A stretch of 64,000 bases of DNA. Origin: Podarcis bocagei (taxonomy: Eukaryota). Both the position numbers and the translations under genes were made by a program. The stretch lies in assembly GCA_964188305.1 (NCBI GenBank), contig OZ076900.1, one strand, 5' to 3'. Below, piece by piece: positions 1 to 9,700 of this stretch. Each line of letters starts with the position of its first letter. Positions within the stretch are counted from its first letter, which is position 1. The notes below the pieces were generated by a model. That model saw only the letters and a program-made list of their open reading frames with translations, had not been told where the DNA came from and searched no databases.

Positions 1-134
1 GATTTGATCCCAGAATGTCCCGCTTTTCCTTAGGACATCCCTATTTTCACTAGAGAAATGTTGAAGGATACAGAGTTATCTGACTCCCGAGCCGTCTGAA
101 GGCAATCCTGTATAGGGAAGGTTTTTTTAATGTT

Positions 135-1050
135 AATAATAAGAATAATTTTATTATTTATACCCCGCCCATCTGGCTGGGTTTCCCTAACCACTCTGGG
201 TGGCTCCCAACAGAGGACTAAAAACAGAATAAAATTTCAAACATTAAAAACTTCCCTAAACAGGGCTGCCTTCAGGTGTCTTCTAAAAGTCAGATAGTTG
301 CTTATTTCCTTGATATCTGATGGGAGGGCATTCCTCAGGGCAGGTGCTCTGCCTGGTTCCCTGTAACCTCACTTCTCGCAGTGAGGGAACCGCCAGAAGG
401 CCCTCGGCACTGGACCTCAGTGTCTGGGCTGGATGATGGAGGTGGAGACGCTCCTTCAGGTATACTGGGCCGAGGCCGTTCAGAGCTTTAAAGGTCAGCA
501 CCAACACTTTGAATTGTGCTTGGAAACGTACTGGGTGCCAATGTAGGTCTTTAAGGACCAGTGTTATATGGTCTAGGGGGCCACTCCCAGTCACCAGTCT
601 AGCTGCCGCATTCTGGATTAGTTGTAGTTTCCAGGTCACCTTCAAAGGTAGCCCCATGTAGAGCGCATTGCACTGTTCCAAGCAGGAGATAACTATGCAT
701 GTACCACTCTGGCGAGACAGACTGTGGGCAAGGAGTGTCTCAGTCTGTGTGCCAGATGGAGCTGGTAGACAGTTGCCCTGGACACAGAATTGACCTGCGC
801 CTCCATGGACAGCTGTGAGTCCAAAATGACTCCCAGGCTGTGTACCTGGTCTTTCAGGGGCACAGTTACCTCATTCAGGACCAGGGAGTCCCCCACACCT
901 GCTTGCCCCCGTCCCCCAAAAATGAGTACTTCTGTCTTGTCAGGATTCAATCTCAATCTGTTAGCCACCATCCATCCTCCAACCGCCTCCAGGCACTCAC
1001 ACAGGACCTTCACCGCCTTCACTGGTTCTGATTTGAAAGTGAGGTAGAGC
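135..1050 (-). mobile_element. L2-clade LINE 3' fragment (degenerate RT C-terminus and tail) inserted in a MITE-like element
   Basis: ORFs 693..1022 and 283..681: RLNPDKTEVL, LGVILDSQLSM, CNALYMGLP, LQLIQNAAARL, LHWHPV..FKVLVLTFKAL. Candidate TSD ttaatgtt at 127-134 and 1051-1058. Confidence 0.85.
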
Positions 1051-1706
1051 TTAATGTTTAATGTTTTATTATGTTTTTACATATGTTGGAAGCTGCCCAG
1101 AGTGGCTAGAGCAACCCAGTAAGATGTGTGGGGTATAAATAGTAAAATCATCATTATGGAATAGGACATCTCTATTTTCATCAGAGAAATGTTAGCGGGC
1201 ATGAATTCTATCTTCTCTAAACAAGGTAGCTTGCAATGATTCAAACAATTCATGATGTACGTTATGTAATTAAAGCCACATGAAGGCCACAATCCTATGC
1301 ATGCTCTCCTAACAGTAAGCTCCATGGAACAGAGTAGGACTTATTTCTGAGTAAACGTGTCAAGGACTGCAGTGCAAATGCCAATTTGAATCTTTCTAGA
1401 CTTCTTAAGAAACCATCACTTGATGGGAAGATAGAGCTTATTTAATATTTCATTTATTCATTTTTATTTGTTTATGGATTTTAAAAAAAACAAAGCTGAG
1501 AAAGGCCCAAGAAACAGGCAAGGATCCACTAACCATCTCAACCCATCCAACCTTCCCAGCCACCCCACCAAATCCCTGCCTCTCCCCCACCCTGCCCCCA
1601 CAATCCAATCACCATTAGCCATGCACCTTTTAATAGCAGTTCGTTTCAGATGGAGCTGCTTGCACACCATAATAAAACAGGCTGGCCAAGATAACTTTGC
1701 CATATA

Positions 1707-1927
1707 CAGTGGTACCTTGGGTTACATACGCTTCAGATTACAGACTCTGCTAACCCAGAAATATTACCTTGGGTTAAGAACTTTGCTTCAGGATGAGAAC
1801 AGAAATCGTGCTCTGGTGGAAGCAGCAGGAGGCCCCATTAGCTAAAGTGGTGCTTCAGGTTAAGAACAGTTTCAGGTTAAGAACGGACCTCCGGAACGAA
1901 TTAAGTACTTAACCCGAGGTACCACTG
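1707..1927. mobile_element. Tc1/mariner (Tigger-like) MITE
   Basis: TIR CAGTGGTACCT.GGGTTA, TA on both sides; same family as 48609-48866 and 52547-52769. Confidence 0.85.
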
Positions 1928-2990
1928 TACTTTGCTCCTCTCTGCACTACCAGAATAAATCTAACTCTAAAACAGCATTCCTGTACTAATATTTCTGTGG
2001 CCATTCACTTCTGATTTTATAAAAGGAAATGAAAATCAGATCCATTCATAAGTGATCAAGACATGTGGATGATGACTTTTAAAAAGTGAGTCAAACAATT
2101 CTCTCTCAGTTGAGAGCAAGGTCACAAAACAGGGGGAAAGGGAGTTAAAATAGCTAAGAAACTGAACACACACAAGAAAATGCTCAGGAGAAACCAAGAG
2201 GCACCGAAGAAATAAAAGAGGTCCTGGTCTTTTTCTTTAAAAGTGTGTGTGTGTGTGTGTGTGAGTGAGTGTGTGTGTATTCAAAAAGAATAACATTTCC
2301 ATAGGAAAATCAATTAGATTTGTTTGCTCACATAACTGGAGACAGCGTGTTTGGCAATTCAACACAGCCAGCTAAACATGTGTGTTTATTAGACAAATGT
2401 TTGTCTAAAAACGGTAAACTAACGAGTGACGATCTAATAGAAGCAATGAGGCACGGTCAATTTTTCAATTAAATCAGCCCTAGAGGTTTTTATGCAGCAT
2501 CTAGATGAATCAATATGTAGAACAGATATCCAGCACAGTATTTTACTTGGAATTTATTTAAACATGTGTCTGCATATGTTTCACACACAGACAGCACATA
2601 TTATGCTACACTATATTACATTATTTATTAATAACTGAACTCTGAACTGAACCCTTCCAACTGTGCAGCCCTGAGATCAGTTGCTGGAGGATGAGGGGCA
2701 TAAATGAAGCACATGAAGCTTCGGGGAAGGGCAGAATGCAAATTGCCCAGTATCTATACCAAACCTCTGGCAAATGCAGAAGTTTCATGTTAATAGCAAG
2801 GGCAAATATTATATATTATTTTAAAATAACTACCCTGCTTTGCAATTCTGTGAGTTTGAGGTGGCTTACCATTAAACAACGATTAGACACCAGCATTGAA
2901 CGAATGGAGAAGTCGTATGTGAACAACTTATGCACAAAACAGCTTATTATAAAAGACTCTGGGATGGGTCACATTAAGTGGGTATCTTAA

Positions 2991-3457
2991 TCTAATCTAC
3001 TATATATTTTTGGGAAGTAGTTTGCCTGCCCGCCTGTCCAATTGTTCTCTATAGGTTTGACCACCTCTTGTGATATTGTCATCAAATTCAGTACGGGGTT
3101 ACCAAGGTGGGGGGAGAAATCTTTGTTGACACTGGGTCACTAGCCACCATTTTAAATCCAGATGGTGAACCAAAATCATGACTTCACTCGGTTTGGGGCA
3201 TAAGTCTGTATCCTACTGAGGTATTGTCACCAAGCTTGGCACAAGGATTCCCAAAGTGGGTGCAGTGATCTCTGTTAATGTTAGGTGCTATTTTGATTCA
3301 ATATGGTGGACCAAAATGTGACTTTGATATGACTTTATCCACTTTTTGGCATGATGGATCCAAACTCACAAGTTACACGATTCATTAAAAAATAACTTAT
3401 TTTTATTTGGTTTCTACAGATTTCTGAGTAGTGCCCGGCAACGCCCTGCTAATCTAT
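2991..3457 (+). mobile_element. Degenerate non-autonomous Helitron-like element
   Basis: Begins TC(taatc)TACTATATA, has two diverged ~160-bp internal repeats, ends with cccggcaacgcc hairpin remnant then ctat (decayed CTAG). Confidence 0.45.
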
Positions 3458-5505
3458 TAAATGGAGATCACACAGACACACACATAAAACAAATATCCAG
3501 CAGTGTAGGGCTGATGGGGAGTGAACAGAATCTGGGCAGGGGGTGGGCACTTGAAGTGGGCTGTGCCTGCTTCAATTCTGCAAATGAGCATTTGAACATA
3601 GGTGGGAATCTTGTTTAACATCCTGTGTGTACTGCAAGGTCAGGGAATGTGGGGCCCTCCAGATGTTTCAGGCTCCAGCCGATATGGTCCATGGCTACAA
3701 AAGATGGAAACTGTACTCCAGCAACATCTGGAAAGCTACCTGGTGTTCAGGATTTCCTGTTCACTTCAATAGCAAGGGCAGCTCCCTGCCAACAACATTT
3801 TGCAGTGCAAGGAATATCAAAGGCTCCTAGAGACATATAGGGCTGTATTCAACCAAGTCCTATTCAGAGTAGACCCATTGGAATTAATGGGACTAAGCTA
3901 TTCATTAATTTCCATGGGTCTAGAATTAGATACAAGCCATGGAGATCCTGGGCAGGACACAACTAAGATGTTGCTGCTAATGGAAGCCAACACAAAGACT
4001 CCTGCTAGCTCAATGGGACTTTCACCCCTATTCTCCTTCCCATGTTGCCTCTGTGACTTCTCCAAATCTGCTCTGAAAAGTGGGGGAAACCCTCAGAACA
4101 GAGTGCGGGGGGGGGGGGGGGAGGGGGAAATTATTCCATCAGGCAGGCACAAATACCTGAGGTGATGGAACTATCTCCTTAGTGCTATGTTGAGCTCCAC
4201 CTCCTGGATTTTTATGTTACAGCTTTGTCCCATGCATGTAATTTGTCCTCCTACCTAGCCTTACAACAGTCCTATGATTTGGGTTACGGTGAGAAATTGT
4301 GAGTAAGGTAATCCCAGATCACCAAGTGAATTGCATGATGTAAAGTTGATTACAACCAGGGTCTCCTTAGTTCTTGACCAATGCTCTAGCCATGACATTT
4401 CAGTTTGTAATGAAAACAAACAATTTGTCACCTTATCAATTGACTACACCAGCACACTGATGTAGCTGTATCAGAGGGAGAGGTGAAACACCAAAGCCCT
4501 CATTACTAATTTGGTTGGGATCAATTTCTATTTGGTTCCTATGTAACACAATGTAAGAACTGGTACCAGATTTGCTTCTTTTCCACTTCCCATCTCACCC
4601 TCTTTGCCTTTGTTCCATAACTATTTGATTATATGCCAACAAGACTGTATGTAATTGTAGTAAATATATGAAATAAGACAGGTGAAACAATTTGGAATTA
4701 ATTCTCTGATGCTCTTTAAAAGTCGAAATCTATATGAAAATCAAGCAAACTGTCTTGTCAATTTCTTATTCTACAATAGGCTGATTTGGCTAGAACCAAA
4801 GTACAAGGTAACTCTGATACTATTAACCCTAAATGACAGACGTTTAAACTGATTCTCCTCTAATTAACTGGCTACTGTCTCAGCCAATAATTCAGGTTTT
4901 GCTGAAAGATCGCGCCTGTTACGCACTGTGTTTCAACTTTGCCCTGGTGACATCAAACTGCATTACAGCTAAATTAACAGTTGCGAAAAATTTTGGCCTA
5001 GTAATTCCCCGCCCCCCGCCCCCAATCATCTCTAGCCTTTAAATGCCATTTCAATTCCTATCAAGCCAAGGAATCAGCAGCTGCAATTTCAAATACAGCT
5101 GCAAAACAATAGACCCCATTAATAGCTGAACTTTTGACAGCACATTCACAGTGATTTATGAGTTTGTATATAATTTGATTATTCTATTAATTCTACTGAT
5201 TACTGCTGGAGCTAATACAGTGAAGGTCACTCCCTAAAATAAATCTTCATTACATTTCACAGAAAGTAACTGCCTCCAACTGGTTGTTTTCTTTAATTAA
5301 AACACTAATGTTACAAGGAAAGAAAGAGGCTTCAGGGTTACTGCATCTTTTGCCACAGGAGGACTATGCTACTGTGATGTGATACTCCTGGACCTGAGTA
5401 TTTGGGGAGGGGGGAATGCAGATGTCTATCTGACATCTTGATTTTTAACTCACCACACACATAAACACACATGCTTTGTTTGGATAACAAATAGGTGGCC
5501 TGTGG

Positions 5506-5507
<2 letters not shown>

Positions 5508-5565
<58 letters not shown>
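5508..5565. repeat. (AT)29 microsatellite, left flank of PLE
   Basis: Direct count, 58 nt. Confidence 0.95.
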
Positions 5566-5568
<3 letters not shown>

Positions 5569-5647
5569 CTTTCGTAGATTTTCACGGGTACAGGAATGCA
5601 GGTTTTGGTGTCTTCGGGTGTCTTCCCGTGTAAGAGTTTGGGTGTCT

Positions 5648-5688
5648 AGGCGACGTTTCGTCGAGGTCTCACTCGTCATCTTCAGGCT
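5648..5688 (-). ncRNA. Second hammerhead motif copy in the inverted pseudo-LTR, with one stem II mismatch
   Basis: Reverse complement CTGAAGATGACGAGTGAGACCTCGACGAAACGTC; position 5661 changes CTCGTC to CTCGAC. Confidence 0.7.
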
Positions 5689-5954
5689 GGTGCTTTCGGC
5701 TTCTTGTTACTAGAACAGAGCAGGATCTCAGTGTTTGAGTTCCTATAAATACTGTTGAGGGGGTGTGGTGTATAGCCTCCAACGTTCTGGGCAGAGAGGA
5801 AGTTCCCAGGTTAGTGTGCCTTTTCTTCTTTTGTTCATTAATTACTTGAGGGATATCTTGAGTGATTTCTTGAGTGATATTCTGAGTACCACTTAGGAGG
5901 GTCATTAGGTGTGGATTAGTTGCTAAAGCTTTCGTGTCTTGACTTCTTGAGCTT

Positions 5955-7199
5955 GTGAAGAGTTTTTCTGAGAAGATGGCTGTACTGCACAAACCCAAAC
6001 TTTGGCTCAGATATGTTGACGACACCTTTGTAATTTGGCCACACGGGAAGGAAAAACTAGATAGCTTCCTCACACATCTCAACAGCCTACACCCCAAAAT
6101 ACAATTCACTATGGAAATAGAAGCCAACAACCAACTTCCCTTCCTTGACGTCCTAATCTACAAAAAACCTGATGGCTCCCTAGGACACACTATCTACCGG
6201 AAAAAAACACACACCAACCGCTACTTACATGCACAATCACACCACCACCCTGCACAAATAAACTCCGTAGCCAAGACTCTCATCTCCAGAACCAAACGCC
6301 TGGCTGACAAAGACCACTTGACAACTGAGTTACAGAATCTCTCAAATGTGTTAATCGCCAACGGATACCAGCAAAACAGGGTTACGAAGCTAATCCAAAA
6401 AGAAACACCCCCCAAAAACCAAGACACAGAAGAAAACAATGGCATGGCCCTCCTTCCTTATATCAAGGGCACTACAGATAAAATTAGCAAAATCCTCCAT
6501 AAACACAATATCAAAACAGCCTTTTGCACCAACCAAAAAATAGCCAATATCCTCAGAAACCCAAAAGATAAAATCCAGTTAGAAAACCAAGGGGTCTATG
6601 AAATACCCTGCAAAGTCTGCCCAGCCACGTACATTGGACAAACAAACAGACGAATAAATGCACGTATCGCAGAACACAAGAATGCCGTCAAAAAAGAAGA
6701 AAAAACTTCCTCTCTTTACCAACACATGAAAGAAACAGGACACGAAATTAATTTTGCAGATTCCAAATTGCTCTTTAACATGGAACATCACCACAAGAGA
6801 ATAATCATGGAAGCCATCGAGATAGAGAAACACCCTCACAACATGAACAAGCGTGACGACACGTCCCGCCTGCCAGACATCTGGAAATTAGCCCTCCCCA
6901 CAAAAACCGACACCAGAACCAGAGGCACACAGAACGCCATCTCCAATCAACCACACCAGACCCAAACCCAGACCCTCTCCACAGATAAATTACAGACACC
7001 ATCCAGTAGCCAAACCATAGTGGCACCTCCGGATGCTGCACCCCCCTGCAATCCCTACACAGATCTGGCTGGCACAGGGCACAAAACCACAGCTCGCCCC
7101 TATACACGAAGCCAAGCCAGAGCACAACTAAGTGCAGTACAGCCATCTTCTCAGAAAAACTCTTCACAAGGTCAAGAGGTCAAGACACGAAAGCTTTAG
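5955..7199 (+). CDS. Penelope-like element ORF: C-terminal half of reverse transcriptase (YVDD), thumb and GIY-YIG endonuclease. 5'-truncated; the first ~11 codons come from the inverted arm.
   Basis: WLRYVDDTF, LPFLDV, YRKKTHT..YL...SHH, then GVYEIPCKVC...YIGQT.R....RIAEH...H...GH...E...I...N; no stops or frameshifts. Confidence 0.9.
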   Translation: MKSFSEKMAVLHKPKLWLRYVDDTFVIWPHGKEKLDSFLTHLNSLHPKIQFTMEIEANNQLPFLDVLIYKKPDGSLGHTIYRKKTHTNRYLHAQSHHHPAQINSVAKTLISRTKRLADKDHLTTELQNLSNVLIANGYQQNRVTKLIQKETPPKNQDTEENNGMALLPYIKGTTDKISKILHKHNIKTAFCTNQKIANILRNPKDKIQLENQGVYEIPCKVCPATYIGQTNRRINARIAEHKNAVKKEEKTSSLYQHMKETGHEINFADSKLLFNMEHHHKRIIMEAIEIEKHPHNMNKRDDTSRLPDIWKLALPTKTDTRTRGTQNAISNQPHQTQTQTLSTDKLQTPSSSQTIVAPPDAAPPCNPYTDLAGTGHKTTARPYTRSQARAQLSAVQPSSQKNSSQGQEVKTRKL

Positions 7200-7432
7200 C
7201 AACTAATCCACACCTAATGACCCTCCTAAGTGGTACTCAGAATATCACTCAGTAATCACTCAAGATATCCCTCAAGTAATTAATGAACAAAAGAAGAAAA
7301 GGCACATTAACCTAGGAACTTCCTCTCTGCCCAGAACGTTGGAGGCTATACACCACACCCCCTCAACAGTATTTATAGGAACTCAAACACTGAGATCCTG
7401 CTCTGTTCTAGTAACAAGAAGCCGAAAGCACC

Positions 7433-7473
7433 AGCCTGAAGATGACGAGTGAGACCTCGTCGAAACGTCGCCT
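7433..7473 (+). ncRNA. Minimal type I hammerhead ribozyme motif in the PLE pseudo-LTR
   Basis: CTGAAGA(7436-42) T GACGAG tgagac CTCGTC GAAA(7462-65) CGTC: both core boxes, 6-bp stem II, palindromic ACGT in place of stem III, GTC cleavage triplet; stem I is only ~2 bp. Confidence 0.75.
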
Positions 7474-7551
7474 AGACACCCCAACTCTTACACGGGAAGA
7501 CACCCGAAGACACCAAAACCTGCATTCCTGTACCCGTGAAAATCTACGAAA

Positions 7552-7553
<2 letters not shown>

Positions 7554-7611
<58 letters not shown>
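7554..7611. repeat. (AT)29 microsatellite, right flank of PLE
   Basis: Direct count, 58 nt. Confidence 0.95.
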
Positions 7612-7613
<2 letters not shown>

Positions 7614-7881
7614 TTTTTTATAGCAAAGATCTCCAAAACGCTCACAAAAAGCAGCTGAAAGCAACAACAAAGCGCTTTTAATTGTTCAAAACACTACACA
7701 CGCATTATCTAATTGTAGGCAGATAATTATCTAGTTACAACAACTGTGCATGGTAAGTCATTATTAACTACTATCAACAATATTACAGATACAGGTACTA
7801 AAAATGAGGAAGCATCACACGCCTATGTCCATTCAGCGAATTCATATCAGAGATTAAATTTGAACTAATGCACCGCTCAGA

Positions 7882-8408
7882 CATAGCTGTCAACCGTCCC
7901 TTATTTGGCAGGAAGGTCCCTTATCCCAGCGCCGTGTCCCGCTGCTGTCCCTTATTGATGTCCCTTAAATTTCCCGGGTTTCAAAGGAAGCAGCTCCTCT
8001 TCCTCCCTCCCTCCCTCCCTCCCAGCCAGGGAGGAGGGAGGCTCCAACTGTGTTGCTTGGCTGCGTTGCTCACCCAATAAGGAGTCTAAGAACGACTGCG
8101 GGGTGGAGCTTGCATGCCTTGTGCTGTTCAAATCGGCCACATTGCTTGGGGACTCGCCTTTGCTCAGCGCTTCCCAGTGGAGAGGTGATGGTGGTTTTCC
8201 TTGCTGCATCCCCTTTGCCAGGTTGCTGCACTGTGGGAACCACCGCTTGAGGCTTCATTTGGCTACTGGCTGTGCTTTCTGCCTTTGACTCGGAGGGGCT
8301 CAGAAATCGAACATCCCTGTGCTCTGAAAATCCCTTATTTTGGCTGCTGATCCCTTATTTACGAGGCTGCTGGTTCCTTATTTTCAAATCTGTAAGTTGA
8401 CAGCTATG
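7882..8408. mobile_element. MITE with TIR CATAGCTGTCAAC
   Basis: catagctgtcaac ... gttgacagctatg, repeated internal cccttat motifs; no TSD seen. Confidence 0.7.
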
Positions 8409-9495
8409 AACTTGGATCACAATCACAAGACGCATTTAAAGCACTTTTGTAACACTTTAAGAGACAAGGCTTTCCCAAAGAATCCTGGGAACTGTAATTT
8501 GCTGAGGGTTCTTAGGAGACCACCCCCCACAGAGCTACAATTCCCAGCACCCTTAACAAACTTCAGTTTCCAGTATTCTTTAGGGGAAGCCATTACTCTT
8601 AAAGTGGTACAAGAGCGTGTGAAATTTATGATGCAGATGTGACCATAACCTCTTAGGAACAAAAAAAGGAACTAAAGCAAGACAAAGGAAGCAAGACAAG
8701 CCAAAGCTACTAATAAAATGCCAATAAATTTAGCATTAAAAGAAACAAAGTAACTAAATAGAGGTCAGCAAAAGCCTAGGTCTGGGTAGAGAACTTTTTT
8801 GCATTGAGGACAACATTTTGTTGGGATAATCTGCTGGGGGCCCACATGCCAACTGCATATGAGACCCAAAACAGAGGTGGGGAGGCAGCCCATTCCTCAC
8901 CTCACCTTCAGTGGGGCAACCCAACTCCCACAGAGAACAGGTTATGTAAATGAATATCTATTTATGGGTTTTTTATTTTGAAAGTAAGAATATGCAAGTG
9001 TTTATAGGTTTGCTGCTGCTGTATTTTACATATACAAACCACCATGATTTATTTTATGCAGTATAATAATAATAGGGGGAAAATAATGCATATTGTATCC
9101 CACCATTGCCTCAAGGAGTATGCAACATTATATGTATTTTATCTTGCCCCACGCAGCGGCGGAGCAAGTTGATTGGGCGCCTGGGGCAGCACGCGTGCCC
9201 TGGGCCCAGGGGCGTGGCCAGCCAGGGCAGGACGCTTCGCAGGACCTCTGAGGAGTTTGCCTGCCTCCTCCCACTCAGCCGCCCTACAGCATGGGGCAGC
9301 ATGGAGCCTGCGGGTGCCCAAGCCACCATGTCACTCCCAAGAAAGATGTGTGGCTCAGGTGCGCTGCAGGCCCCGCAGTGAGTGCCGCCTGGCATTTTGT
9401 CACCCCCCCCCCAGTAGTGACACCCGGGGTGGCCCGCCCCCACCGCCCCCCCTTCCTCCGCCCTTGGGCCCTATTTATCCCCACAAACCAAGTCA

Positions 9496-9700
9496 AGAGC
9501 CAGTATGGTGTAGTGGTTAGTGTTGGATTGCAACCAAAGAGACTCAGGTTCAAAAACCTTATCATCAGGTGACCCTGGGCTGCTCATTTTCTCGCAGCCC
9601 AATCTACCTCATGGGATGTTTTGAGGATAGGTGGGGCAGAGACCATGTATGCTGCAGAGCTCCTTTGAGGAAGGGAGATATAAATGTTATAAATAAAAAT
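9496..9700 (+). mobile_element. Degenerate tRNA-derived SINE
   Basis: agagccagtatggtgtagtggttag (A box), ggttcaaa (B box), A-rich tail. Confidence 0.6.

Larger units (their letters stand above)
5567..7554 (+). mobile_element. Penelope-like retroelement (Penelope/Poseidon type), 5'-truncated, with inverted pseudo-LTR
   Basis: RT plus GIY-YIG ORF. 5567-5990 is the reverse complement of 7132-7554 (~7 differences by eye). Hammerhead motif in each arm; flanked by (AT)n. Confidence 0.93.

Noticed and set aside
5338-6130. ORFs 5338..5679, 5495..5713, 5669..6130 (also 6805..7167, 7442..7681)
   Set aside because: Read-through of (AT)n and pLTR arms, or antisense to the PLE ORF.
5567-7554. DNA transposon with long TIRs, or a telomerase/group II intron RT
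   Set aside because: The enclosed protein is RT plus GIY-YIG, and the arm duplicates the ORF 3' end and UTR, which is PLE architecture.
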